Positions 1 to 9,880 of a stretch of 63,478 nt of DNA are shown here, one piece after another. Both the position numbers and the translations under genes were made by a program. Source of the stretch: Fidelibacterota bacterium (lineage in GTDB: Bacteria; Fidelibacterota; UBA8477; JABMPR01); contig JAIPGJ010000003.1 in NCBI GenBank assembly GCA_021736185.1, positions 1-63,478 on the forward strand, in the 5' to 3' direction. Under the pieces are notes generated by a model, which was not told the origin of the DNA, did no database searches, and worked only from the letters and a program-made list of their open reading frames with translations. The first letter of the stretch is position 1. Every line of letters starts with the position of its first letter.

Positions 1-434
1 GTATTGGTGAAACATCAACCATTGCCATCCTGATTGGCGCTGCCATTTTGCTGCTTACCGGTGTGGGGAGTTGGCGTATCATGCTGGCAACCACATTGGG
101 GGCCTATGGAATGGCACTTATTGTGCAATTTTTTGGCAGTGATATTGTGGGAGGTATGCGAACGCTGCCTGCTCATTATCATTTGGTCATGGGCGGCTTT
201 ATGTTTGGAGCTGTTTTTATGGCGACTGATCCAGTCTCGGCCGCAGGAACCAATACAGGTAAATGGGTATATGGAGTATTGATTGGTGTTATGGTCATAC
301 TCATACGCGTCTTTAACCCCGCTTATCCTGAAGGAATGATGCTGGCCATCTTATTTGGAAATGTGTTCTCACCGCTGATTGACCACTTTGTGGTTCAGGC
401 CAATATTAAAAGGAGGCTGAATTATGGCAAGTAA
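1..434 (+). CDS. nqrB: Na+-translocating NADH:quinone oxidoreductase subunit B, 3' fragment (5' end is upstream of the window)
   Basis: Frame 3 is open from the window edge ([27 protein letters not shown]...). The sequence is polytopic membrane protein, followed in canonical order by nqrC-D-E-F. It overlaps nqrC by 11 nt. Confidence 0.85.
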   Translation, partial: IGETSTIAILIGAAILLLTGVGSWRIMLATTLGAYGMALIVQFFGSDIVGGMRTLPAHYHLVMGGFMFGAVFMATDPVSAAGTNTGKWVYGVLIGVMVILIRVFNPAYPEGMMLAILFGNVFSPLIDHFVVQANIKRRLNYGK

Positions 435-1146
435 GCCTCGTATCACCAAATCATATACCCTGGGGTTTGCAGCTGCCGTTACTCTGGTTTGTAGTATTCT
501 ACTAGCCTCTGCAGCGACGCTCCTCAAAGACCGTCAGGATCTCAATATTCAATTGGATATCAAATACAATATCCTCAGTGTTCTTGGATTGGTTGAAAGC
601 CATGATCTTAATCCAGATCAATTGCTGGCACTGTACGATAAAAATGTGAACTCCTTTGTCGTTGATCTCAAAGGGAAGCTGGTTAAGGATCGCAAAGCCG
701 AGACCATCAATCCAAAAGATGATCCTGATTTGCTGCCGGTATTCACACGAGAGGCTGATGGCAAGGTGCTGGCATATTGTCTACCCACTCAGGGGAAAGC
801 ATTATGGTCCACTGTGAAGGGTTATATCGCCCTCGAAAATGATCTTAACACGGTGAAGGGGATCACCTTCTACAGCCATGGCGAAACGCCGGGTCTTGGT
901 GGAGAAATTGAGAAACCGTGGTTTACCGACAATTTCAAGGGTAAAACCATTCTAGACGCTCAGGGTGAGATTGTCTCCGTGCAAATCGTTAAAGGAAAAA
1001 TTAGAGATGATGCCAAAAATATCGAGCATAGTGTGGACGGTATTAGTGGCGCAACCCTGACGGGAAAAGGTATCAACCATTTTCTCAAGGCAACACTTGA
1101 AAAATACGAACCCTATTTTGAAACGGTTCGAGGAGTCCAATCATGA
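424..1146 (+). CDS. nqrC: Na+-NQR subunit C
   Basis: SD AGGAGG at 411-416. One N-terminal TM helix. FMN attachment motif S-G-A-T-L-T ([13 protein letters not shown]). Sits between nqrB and nqrD. Confidence 0.9.
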   Translation: MASKPRITKSYTLGFAAAVTLVCSILLASAATLLKDRQDLNIQLDIKYNILSVLGLVESHDLNPDQLLALYDKNVNSFVVDLKGKLVKDRKAETINPKDDPDLLPVFTREADGKVLAYCLPTQGKALWSTVKGYIALENDLNTVKGITFYSHGETPGLGGEIEKPWFTDNFKGKTILDAQGEIVSVQIVKGKIRDDAKNIEHSVDGISGATLTGKGINHFLKATLEKYEPYFETVRGVQS

Positions 1147-1766
1147 GCCTGATGAGTAAAAAGAATATGGGGATATTGAAAGATCCCTTCATGGATAATA
1201 ATCCCATCTCCACCCAGGTGTTGGGTATATGCTCTGCACTTGCCGTGACCGTTCAGCTGCAAACCGCCATTGTGATGTCTTTAGCTGTCATTGCAGTAAC
1301 CGCATTTTCAAATGTGCTTATTTCACTGATACGCAATAAAATACCGTCCAACATTCGTATCATTGTTGAACTGGCAATCATCGCCACTCTGGTTATTCTG
1401 GTTGATCAGATACTAAAAGCCTACTTGTATGATATAAGTAAACAGCTCAGTGTGTTTGTTGGGTTGATTATTACTAATTGTATCGTCATGGGACGGGCCG
1501 AAGCTTTTGCCTTACAAAATAAACCATGGCCTAGTTTTCTGGATGGCGTTGGCAATGGATTGGGTTACGGTATCATTTTGATTACTGTTGCTTTTGGAAG
1601 GGAACTTCTGGGCTCAGGTAATCTTTTTGGCTTTCAAGTAATTCCTGATGCTGCTTATGCGGCGGGTTACCAGAATATGGGTCTCATGGTGCTGGCACCA
1701 GGGGCATTCATACTGTTGGGTTTGATCATATGGGTACAACGTGCCATAACCGGCGTCGCAGAGTAG
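1143..1766 (+). CDS. nqrD: Na+-NQR subunit D
   Basis: The ATG overlaps the nqrC stop (ATGA). Polytopic membrane protein with the NqrD/RnfE-type motif [14 protein letters not shown]. Confidence 0.9.
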   Translation: MSLMSKKNMGILKDPFMDNNPISTQVLGICSALAVTVQLQTAIVMSLAVIAVTAFSNVLISLIRNKIPSNIRIIVELAIIATLVILVDQILKAYLYDISKQLSVFVGLIITNCIVMGRAEAFALQNKPWPSFLDGVGNGLGYGIILITVAFGRELLGSGNLFGFQVIPDAAYAAGYQNMGLMVLAPGAFILLGLIIWVQRAITGVAE

Positions 1767-1776
1767 GAGGTGAAAG

Positions 1777-2385
1777 ATGGAAAATCTAATTAGTCTGTTT
1801 GTTGAATCTGTATTCGTCAATAACATCCTCCTCGCCTACTTCCTGGGGATGTGCTCATTCCTGGCCGTTTCCAAGCGGGTTGATACTGCCATCGGTCTAG
1901 GCGCTGCGGTCATCTTTGTGGAAGTTATCACCGTTCCTACTAACTGGGCCATACATCATTTCATTCTGGCACCGGGTGCTCTCGAATGGGCTGGTTTGCC
2001 GGATGTTGATCTCAGCTTTTTGGGATTTATCTCATACATTGCTGTGATTGCAGCCATGGTTCAACTGGTTGAGATGATCGTTGATCGTTATAGTCCAGCT
2101 CTGTACAGTGCTCTGGGTATCTTTTTGCCGCTGATTGCAGTAAATTGTGCCATTCTGGGTGCATCACTCTTCATGGTAGAACGGGAATATAGCTTCTCTG
2201 AGTCCATTGTCTTCGGGCTTGGCTCCGGTGTTGGTTGGGCACTGGCTATCATAGCGATGGCTGCCATTCGAGAGAAATTACGATATTCACATATTCCTGA
2301 GGGCTTGCGCGGTCTGGGGATTACCATGCTAATTACCGGACTCATGGCCATGGCCTTCATGAGTTTCTCCGGCATCAGTCTGTGA
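1777..2385 (+). CDS. nqrE: Na+-NQR subunit E
   Basis: SD GGAGG upstream. Polytopic membrane protein with the NqrE/RnfA-type motif [15 protein letters not shown]. Confidence 0.9.
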   Translation: MENLISLFVESVFVNNILLAYFLGMCSFLAVSKRVDTAIGLGAAVIFVEVITVPTNWAIHHFILAPGALEWAGLPDVDLSFLGFISYIAVIAAMVQLVEMIVDRYSPALYSALGIFLPLIAVNCAILGASLFMVEREYSFSESIVFGLGSGVGWALAIIAMAAIREKLRYSHIPEGLRGLGITMLITGLMAMAFMSFSGISL

Positions 2386-2395
2386 AGGGGGCGAT

Positions 2396-3622
2396 ATGAG
2401 CATTCCTGGTTTAATTCTGCTTAGTGCCTTTGTCTTTACAAGCATCATACTGATTCTGGTTGTCATTCTAAACTATGCGACATCCAAACTGGTGAGTACT
2501 GGCGATGTCAAGATTCTGATAAATGGTGATGATGAGAAATCCATCACTACAGCTGCGGGTTCCACCCTCCTGCAGACACTGGCCACTGAAAAGATTTTCC
2601 TGCCTTCTGCATGTGGCGGTGGTGGAACGTGTGGTCTGTGTACTTGCCAGATAGATCAAGGCGGAGGTGAACTTTTACCCACAGAAAAACCCCATCTCTC
2701 ACGGGCAGAGATTAAGGATCATGTCCGGCTAGCCTGTCAGGTTAAAGTAAAATCTGACATGGATATCCGGATTCCTGATGAGGTCTTCAATATCCAGAAA
2801 TGGGAGTGTGAAGTTGTTTCCAATAACAATGTTGCTACCTTCATCAAGGAACTTGTGGTCAGACTGCCAAAAGGGGAAAATCTTGATTTTCGAGCTGGTG
2901 GCTATATTCAGATTGATATTCCCCCCTATAAATTGGACTATTCTGAATTCGATATTGAAGAAGAATATCGGGGAGATTGGGACAAGTTCAACATGTGGCG
3001 CTTCCACTCCGAGTTGGATGAAAGCATTTTCCGGGCATATTCCATGGCCAACCATCCCGCAGAGGGCAATATCGTCATGCTCAATGTACGTATCGCCAGT
3101 CCTCCTCCTGGAAAGGATGTTCCTCCAGGCTTAGCCTCTTCCTATATCTTTAACCTGAAACCAGGTGACAAGGTGATGATCAGCGGACCCTATGGAGAAT
3201 TTTTTGCCAAAGATACCGATCGTGAAATGCTGTATGTCGGTGGTGGAGCCGGTATGGCACCCATGCGCAGTCACATATTCGATCTCCTGAAGACCAAGCG
3301 CTCAAACAGGAAGATATCTTTCTGGTACGGTGCCAGGTCCAAGCGTGAGATGTTTTATGATGATGAATTTAAGGCTCTGGCTGAAGAATTTCCTAATTTC
3401 AGTTATCATGTGGCCCTGTCAGATCCTCTCAAGGAAGATGATTGGGATGGTGCAGTAGGTTTTATTCACCAGGTCGTACAAGATCAATATCTTTCAAAAC
3501 ATGAAGCTCCAGAGGATATCGAATATTATATGTGCGGTCCACCTATGATGGTAGATGCTGTGGATAATATGCTCTATAATATGGGTGTTGAAAAAGAGAT
3601 GATTGATTACGACAGTTTCTAA
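2396..3622 (+). CDS. nqrF: Na+-NQR subunit F (2Fe-2S ferredoxin plus FAD/NADH reductase domains)
   Basis: N-terminal TM anchor. Plant-type 2Fe-2S motif [13 protein letters not shown]. Ferredoxin-reductase motifs [19 protein letters not shown] and MCGPPMM. Confidence 0.92.
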   Translation: MSIPGLILLSAFVFTSIILILVVILNYATSKLVSTGDVKILINGDDEKSITTAAGSTLLQTLATEKIFLPSACGGGGTCGLCTCQIDQGGGELLPTEKPHLSRAEIKDHVRLACQVKVKSDMDIRIPDEVFNIQKWECEVVSNNNVATFIKELVVRLPKGENLDFRAGGYIQIDIPPYKLDYSEFDIEEEYRGDWDKFNMWRFHSELDESIFRAYSMANHPAEGNIVMLNVRIASPPPGKDVPPGLASSYIFNLKPGDKVMISGPYGEFFAKDTDREMLYVGGGAGMAPMRSHIFDLLKTKRSNRKISFWYGARSKREMFYDDEFKALAEEFPNFSYHVALSDPLKEDDWDGAVGFIHQVVQDQYLSKHEAPEDIEYYMCGPPMMVDAVDNMLYNMGVEKEMIDYDSF

Positions 3623-3650
3623 TTCAAGCTCCAATCAAATGGCTTACATA

Positions 3651-3679
3651 AAAGGTTCGGGTTATCCGGACCTTTTTTG
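3651..3679 (+). terminator. Intrinsic terminator after nqrF
   Basis: Stem AGGTTCGG / CCGGACCT (one G-U pair), loop GTTA, followed by TTTTTTG. Confidence 0.7.
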
Positions 3680-3710
3680 TTAAATTTAACGACTAGCGGG
3701 AGGCTATATC

Positions 3711-4772
3711 ATGAATAATAAAAAGCGTTTCATTCCGGGATTAATCATAAATGTTTTAATCACCTGTCTCCTCATCGCTCTGGGTAATTGCACTGGGGAT
3801 GGAGAAGACCTCTCCGAGTTTACTTTTAACGGTACGACGATGGGTACGACCTACCATGTCACCATTGCCAGGCAAGCTATTGACAGCGGGGAGCGTAGTG
3901 CCATTGCAACCAGCGTTGATAGTGCTCTCCTTGATTTTAATCGTATCCTGTCTACCTACGAAGAGCAAAGTGAAATTTCGCGCTTCAATCGTAATGAGAG
4001 TACCCACCCCATCCATGCGTCAGAAGAATTGTTAAAAGTTGTCAGGGCCGGTCAATATTTTTGTGAGACCTCTGGTGGCGCCTTCGATATAACGGTGATG
4101 CCCATAGTGAATTTTTACGGATTTGGATTCGAGCCTGGGGAAAATCGATTCCCTACCATAGATGAAATCGATTCCTGGCTACGATTGACAGGATGTGACA
4201 AATTGACTGTTGGTGATTCAGTCCTGATCAAGGCCGACCCAAAAATCAGTATTGATCTAAGTGCCATTGCCAAAGGTGATGGAGCAGACCATATCGCGAA
4301 CTTCCTGACACAACGGGGCCATAAAAATATATTTGTGGAGATTGGTGGAGAAATTGTGACTCGCGGGCTCAATAAAAATGGTAAACCCTGGAGAATTGGA
4401 ATTGATAGACCGACCCTAGGCGGAGCACCGGGGGCTGATCTTCAACATATCATCCAATTAACCAACAAAGCTATCGCCTCAAGTGGTGATTACCGAAATT
4501 ATCGGGAAGTTGAGGGGAAGCGTATATCCCATACCATGGATCCTCGAACCGGATCTCCCATTGCCCACAATCTGGCGTCCGTATCCGTAATTGCCAATAC
4601 CTGTCTCCTGGCAGATGGTATGGCCACAACAGTCATGGTCCTTGGACTTGAAGAGGGTCTGCAGTGGTTGGAAGATGTTGCTGATGCAGAAGGATTACTA
4701 ATTACCAGGGAATCAGATGGCACATTCAAGGAATACATGACCAGCGGTTTCCAGGAGTATATCTTCGACTAA
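3711..4772 (+). CDS. apbE: FAD:protein FMN transferase (ApbE family lipoprotein)
   Basis: SD GGGAGG. Lipoprotein-like signal ending LIALGNC. ApbE-type segments ISHTMDPRTGSP and ADGMATTVMVLG. Located directly after the nqr genes, as is usual for the NqrB/C flavinylation enzyme. Confidence 0.85.
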   Translation: MNNKKRFIPGLIINVLITCLLIALGNCTGDGEDLSEFTFNGTTMGTTYHVTIARQAIDSGERSAIATSVDSALLDFNRILSTYEEQSEISRFNRNESTHPIHASEELLKVVRAGQYFCETSGGAFDITVMPIVNFYGFGFEPGENRFPTIDEIDSWLRLTGCDKLTVGDSVLIKADPKISIDLSAIAKGDGADHIANFLTQRGHKNIFVEIGGEIVTRGLNKNGKPWRIGIDRPTLGGAPGADLQHIIQLTNKAIASSGDYRNYREVEGKRISHTMDPRTGSPIAHNLASVSVIANTCLLADGMATTVMVLGLEEGLQWLEDVADAEGLLITRESDGTFKEYMTSGFQEYIFD

Positions 4773-4773
4773 T

Positions 4774-5730
4774 TTACAGTTTGTATTGATTGATCCAGTT
4801 GAGTACGAATTTTTGAATATCCTCCCGATTGTTCATGGCAATCCCGTGCTGATGCAAATAGGATCCTACTGCACGGTGAAGTAAATGTAATTCCATCTCA
4901 ACCGGGTCAAATTCCGAACCTTTTTCATTCAAATCCTTGGCATCTATTTGTTTGATCAATGAGACAAGAAATTGACTCATTTTGGCCATTTTGGAATAGT
5001 TTAAATGATCCGGAATATCACTCGTTTGATGATAATGTTCCCAACGTCCGCACGTAAAAAACAGATAGGGTTCACCATTATCACGTAACACATGGTGATC
5101 GCTCAAATCGCCTACATAGCGGTTTAGGGTTGCAATATTTTTGAGACCTTGAGGCAAGGGAGTTTCGAGCAAGGCTTCGGCCAGACCAGCGTGGCTTTCA
5201 CCACCGAAGATAAAAACCAGTTCTTCCATCCCCTGCAGTGGTATATCATGACCTACCAGATCGAGAACAAGGCCTGCATGTATGGGTTGTGACAGCTGTG
5301 TTTGATAAAAATTGGTCGAGCCCATGTGCTCTGATAAAAATCGGGGCGGTTCTTCTGCGTCGGGGAAAAGAAGCAGAACGTCTCGCTTGAGGCTGAGCTC
5401 TTTTATTCCTGCCAGCACATCCAACCAAATAGCGATTGCCGCCGCATTGTCATCGGCACCAGGTTGATCACCGCAAGTGTCATAGTGTGCAATCAGGAGG
5501 ATGGGCTTCAGAGATGAGTCAAGACCAGGCCAAATCCCTGCCAGATTGACGTATTGTGTTGATTCAACCTCATAGGGCAATTCATAGCCTGTCCCATTAT
5601 AAGGTCGAAGACCGACTTGATCCATCCGGCTCTTTAGATATTGTACTGCTTGATCATGCCCTGTACTACCCACTTTGCGCGTTCCGGGAGCGGCCAATAT
5701 TTCCACATCAATTTCTAGCTGTAAACGCAT
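4774..5730 (-). CDS. M28-family metallopeptidase-like protein (no signal peptide seen)
   Basis: Segments IAHYDTCGD, GADDNAAAIA and FPDAEEPP match the Zn-ligand blocks of M28 aminopeptidases. Confidence 0.6.
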   Translation of the reverse strand: MRLQLEIDVEILAAPGTRKVGSTGHDQAVQYLKSRMDQVGLRPYNGTGYELPYEVESTQYVNLAGIWPGLDSSLKPILLIAHYDTCGDQPGADDNAAAIAIWLDVLAGIKELSLKRDVLLLFPDAEEPPRFLSEHMGSTNFYQTQLSQPIHAGLVLDLVGHDIPLQGMEELVFIFGGESHAGLAEALLETPLPQGLKNIATLNRYVGDLSDHHVLRDNGEPYLFFTCGRWEHYHQTSDIPDHLNYSKMAKMSQFLVSLIKQIDAKDLNEKGSEFDPVEMELHLLHRAVGSYLHQHGIAMNNREDIQKFVLNWINQYKL

Positions 5731-5797
5731 TCAATTCCCCACATGATATTTAGAGATTCAGCTTTCTTCTCCAGCTCTTGATCACGACCAAAATAGC

Positions 5798-6664
5798 TTA
5801 GTTCTGCAGGTAGTGAAGCAATTTCCCTATGGTGACAGGAGCCGATCCTTCGTAGTGATTATTTACATTCAGATAGATATCCATTCCTGACTGATCTACC
5901 ATTTTTTTCACCATGGCTGCAATGCCTGGTATTTCTTTATCTTTTGGAGCAACAACCCGACCCCATGATTTCCCCGTCGTTTTCTCTATTTCCTGGCGAT
6001 CGGCTCCAAGGAGTCGAATGATTGAAGTCCCCTGCAACAGAGGCGAGAAGCGTTCGAAAACTGCCTGAATATCAGGCATATAGTAACCGTGGCAAAAAGT
6101 GTGACCAACATGGTGTTCAGACAATATCTGGAAATAATTTGAATTGAGAAAATTGGGATTCCTGATTTCAATACAAAGGGGTACGGCCTTATCAATACTC
6201 TTTACAAAGTCTACAAACCGCTCCAAAAATATTTGAGGAACGGGCATCTTGAGCTTGTTGAGGTACTCAAACTGAAGATTGATAGCACCAATCTGAGGCA
6301 GCATATGGCTCAATGAATTGAGGAAAGTCTGGTAGAGTTCGGGAGACAAAAAATGTGGATTCTCTACCAGCTTCCCGGAACTCATGTGCTTGTATAAATG
6401 GGTAAGGCTCAAACTGTTAGGCGCTTTGACAACGAAACGAAAATCAGCGGGCACGGAATCCACGTATTCTTTGACGACTTCAGCTTTGGGTAGGACAATT
6501 TTATCAACACCAAAGAGTGACCAGAACCATTGATCTATCTCAACCGACTTGTATTTCCTGGCATATTCCTGAAGAAAATTTTGAGGCGCTCTGGAATCAT
6601 ACACCAGACCTTCCCATGAAGGATATTTCCAACTGCAAGTACCGATATACACATGTCCAGCCAT
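5798..6664 (-). CDS. DUF72 (UPF0759) family protein
   Basis: The N-terminus MAGHVYIGTCSWKYPSWEGLVY resembles the DUF72 signature (GTSGW.Y..W.g.fYP). Length is about 290 aa. Confidence 0.6.
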   Translation of the reverse strand: MAGHVYIGTCSWKYPSWEGLVYDSRAPQNFLQEYARKYKSVEIDQWFWSLFGVDKIVLPKAEVVKEYVDSVPADFRFVVKAPNSLSLTHLYKHMSSGKLVENPHFLSPELYQTFLNSLSHMLPQIGAINLQFEYLNKLKMPVPQIFLERFVDFVKSIDKAVPLCIEIRNPNFLNSNYFQILSEHHVGHTFCHGYYMPDIQAVFERFSPLLQGTSIIRLLGADRQEIEKTTGKSWGRVVAPKDKEIPGIAAMVKKMVDQSGMDIYLNVNNHYEGSAPVTIGKLLHYLQN

Positions 6665-6784
6665 ATAAGATGATAGATTAATTTCTGGTAAAGCTTATGA
6701 AAGATGAATTTGTTGGAACTCCCAACCCAGAATCAATATTGAGTCCTGATCCTATACTATCAGGCTAGCATCAGAGCAATCTGA

Positions 6785-9700
6785 TTAACGCCAGTTAAAG
6801 ATATCCTCAGAGAATTTGGCATGCAGGGCAAAATAAAGATTATGATATTGATAATCCAGGAAGCCAAAATCGGCGTCTGTATAGTCTTTCAAGATGTATC
6901 CTATGCCAAATTGAATGTTCTTATATACCAGATAATCAACTTCAGCAGCGAGACCAAAGGCATTCTCATTGGTTGGAGACATGTGGATGAGTCGGGCATC
7001 CAGAATACCACTCAATTCGTTGGTATAGGCATATTCAACCCGCGACTGGAAGAAGTATGTTTGTGTGCTCATGCTCTCATCAAAGGTCGCATCGTCATCC
7101 AGGAGAAAGCGGGTGGCAAAGCGTGAAGCCAATCCAATTTTTCTATCGATTTGCCAGTAGGAGTGAACCGAGAAAATGTAGCGGTCCTGGCGAATAGGAA
7201 TGGCAATCTGGCTATTCCGGTCTGAAACATAAGCGAGTTTAGCCAGGGCATTAATCCGATCGGAATTTTCCGGTCGATATGCCAAACCAGCCTGGAAGTT
7301 TTCACGGGTCTGCGAGCCCTGATTGCCAACCTTATAGCGATTTTCCCAGTGATCGACTTTTGCTATGGCACCAAAACCAGCAAATATGCGCATATCTCCA
7401 CCGAGGGTTATTACACGCTGGAGGCTGTTGACATCGTCTCTGACCTCATATTTACCAATGGCTTTCCAGGGCATCTCCGGGAGATATTCAAAGGATAAGG
7501 CCATGGCTTGATGACTTGGCGTTGGAATCTCAAATGAATCTACAGTTGCTGTATTCTCCAGAGAGATATTCACAACCAGATCTTCTCGCAGATACCATTT
7601 ATTTTTCAGACCTAGACTGGCCTTGTTGCGTTGTTCACCTGTGATACCACCAATTTCATATTTACCTTCAATATCCGTGTTCTCACCCACTTTGGATCTG
7701 AAACCCAAAACACTCTGGCGATTGACCCCGGTACCCTGGATAAAGCGGTATTTCCAATAAACCTCGAGTTGCTCAGTAATGGGGTAAACCAGGCCAAGAC
7801 TGGTATTGGTGGGTTTGGTTCTATTGTTAAGCGTCAAATTTTGTTCGTGCTCAAATACCGCCTTGATTTGTCCAAGGAGAAGCACATCATATTGGGCTTT
7901 GAGAAGATTGGAATACTCTTTACTCAACAGACTGTCTGATGCATCAAATTTTTCTCGCAGGGCATTTTCATAGCCCAATTTAAGGGTTGAATTTTCCCTG
8001 ACTGGACGTTCGACATGCAGATTGAACACACGACTGTCAAGGGTATTGATGGTTCCCGAGGATCCAGTTTGGTCATAATAATCTGAAGTGATTTTACCAT
8101 ATTTTCTGGAGTCGTATTTTGCATTCAAGCCATATTTGAATGAACCGCGCTCAGTTCCAGACCCCACCTGCGAGGCATTCACAAAATCGTCACCTACATT
8201 GCGGATGTAGCCCTTTACATTTAATCCCGGGTACAAATTGCTTACTTGAACCTCTGTCTTGATGGCCGTTCCCACGGAGATGCTATCCACAAAATCATTG
8301 GGATTTCGGGATTGACCTAATTCAGCAGAAATGGTAATCATATCGTTTACAGGTACCGTGGCATCCACACCATATAGCATATAGTTATTAGTGGCACGCT
8401 CTTCAGCAATAAAGGTTGTACCCACGTTGATTTTTCCGTCTGGGCCTAATTTACTCTTATGACGGAATCCACCGATCCAGGATCTGGTATTTGAGCCCTG
8501 GAATTCATAGGAAACCACGATAAAAATTGGATTCCCAGCCCCGTCAATGGAGGAAATGGGTTGTTTAAACATCAAAGTTCCATCGACATAGTTGATGTCA
8601 TAATCAAAAAAGCGGGTTAGATTTTTGGTTTCCAGCACCGTCTCTGGATGATATCTATCTTTGGTGACGATACGAATCTTTTCAGAGAAGCGCGTCATGC
8701 TGCCATGGTTAAGATAGTAGAAACCACTAATACCCTCACCCCGTATTTCTTCCTGCTCCATAGATCTATCCGTAGCAGTGGCAAAAGCCAGAATCTCATG
8801 ATCTTTATAAAGATAGGAACCGAGTACTCCGTTAAAGGTACGGTTATAGGCGGTGAATTCAGTCTCTGTCATGTTAGTATTAAAATCACCAAACAAAACA
8901 AAGGATTCATTCTGCTCCAGTTTTGCATATAATTTTGAACGTGATTGGGCATCAAAGGTGATGGTACTGGCATCACCAAAGAGGGGATATTGTTCCTGGG
9001 GATCAACATCAACAAAGAGTTGATCGAGATACCCTCTATCTGTATCCAGTGAGGCTGTCAAACGAAGACCAGGCTTAATGCTTCCCTTGGCATAGAAGGC
9101 GGTGCGCCCACCTAGGAGCACATGGTCACCCAACTGGGCGTTATTTCTGTTTATGATGCCAAAATGGGGCAAGGCATTTGGATCCTGCCCTGTAGCCAAC
9201 GTAGACATACTACCACTTACGGCTCCAACCACAAGCAAAGGTTCTTCAGGAATGGTATAGCTGACTTTGAATTGCTGGCTATAGCCTCCTGCCTGAATAT
9301 CCAGAGTGGAACGTTCCGTGGATTCATCTCCAGACTGGATGTTAAGTGTAACATAACCTTCTACCGCTTGGGCCTGGTGTCCCGTACTATGTTCATCAAA
9401 ATCTTTATCAATCAAGGTTCCTGATGATAGCCTCACGGTGACTACCCGCACATCATGCAGCTGATAGCCCCACTCATCAGATAATTCAAATATGTATCTG
9501 CCAATGGTTCTTCCATCTGCAGGCAGGATGATATCCCCGGAAGTATTTTTTATTTGACGCAGAGGACCCAAAACATGAATATTTTTTTCAGCAGTGAATG
9601 TGCGATCACCAGCACCGATGGCTTCAGCACGAAGTGTCACTGGACCTGCAGGGACTTTGACACTTAGAAAATCGAATATACCATCAATTCTCATCACGCC

Positions 9701-9880
9701 TTCAGCTGCTTGAACATTATTCACAAATAATTTAACAGGGGAACCAGCCTTACCGGCAATCGTAACTGAGATGCTATTCAAGTTACTCACCGCATTGTCC
9801 TTCGGCTCCAGCATCATGACTTGAGCAAAAAGTGTTGTCGATAAGAGTAGACCAGCGAGTATTGGAAATAGTCTATTCAT
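6785..9880 (-). CDS. Large predicted outer-membrane beta-barrel protein with an N-terminal Ig-like domain (uncharacterised)
   Basis: Signal peptide MNRLFPILAGLLLSTTLFAQ. About 800 aa of alternating-polarity, Gly/Tyr/Asn-rich sequence ending YFALHAKFSEDIFNWR. The ATG at 9880 (or GTG at 9883) lies inside the last codons of the upstream 2227-aa gene (GGTGATGAATAG). Confidence 0.6.
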   Translation of the reverse strand: MNRLFPILAGLLLSTTLFAQVMMLEPKDNAVSNLNSISVTIAGKAGSPVKLFVNNVQAAEGVMRIDGIFDFLSVKVPAGPVTLRAEAIGAGDRTFTAEKNIHVLGPLRQIKNTSGDIILPADGRTIGRYIFELSDEWGYQLHDVRVVTVRLSSGTLIDKDFDEHSTGHQAQAVEGYVTLNIQSGDESTERSTLDIQAGGYSQQFKVSYTIPEEPLLVVGAVSGSMSTLATGQDPNALPHFGIINRNNAQLGDHVLLGGRTAFYAKGSIKPGLRLTASLDTDRGYLDQLFVDVDPQEQYPLFGDASTITFDAQSRSKLYAKLEQNESFVLFGDFNTNMTETEFTAYNRTFNGVLGSYLYKDHEILAFATATDRSMEQEEIRGEGISGFYYLNHGSMTRFSEKIRIVTKDRYHPETVLETKNLTRFFDYDINYVDGTLMFKQPISSIDGAGNPIFIVVSYEFQGSNTRSWIGGFRHKSKLGPDGKINVGTTFIAEERATNNYMLYGVDATVPVNDMITISAELGQSRNPNDFVDSISVGTAIKTEVQVSNLYPGLNVKGYIRNVGDDFVNASQVGSGTERGSFKYGLNAKYDSRKYGKITSDYYDQTGSSGTINTLDSRVFNLHVERPVRENSTLKLGYENALREKFDASDSLLSKEYSNLLKAQYDVLLLGQIKAVFEHEQNLTLNNRTKPTNTSLGLVYPITEQLEVYWKYRFIQGTGVNRQSVLGFRSKVGENTDIEGKYEIGGITGEQRNKASLGLKNKWYLREDLVVNISLENTATVDSFEIPTPSHQAMALSFEYLPEMPWKAIGKYEVRDDVNSLQRVITLGGDMRIFAGFGAIAKVDHWENRYKVGNQGSQTRENFQAGLAYRPENSDRINALAKLAYVSDRNSQIAIPIRQDRYIFSVHSYWQIDRKIGLASRFATRFLLDDDATFDESMSTQTYFFQSRVEYAYTNELSGILDARLIHMSPTNENAFGLAAEVDYLVYKNIQFGIGYILKDYTDADFGFLDYQYHNLYFALHAKFSEDIFNWR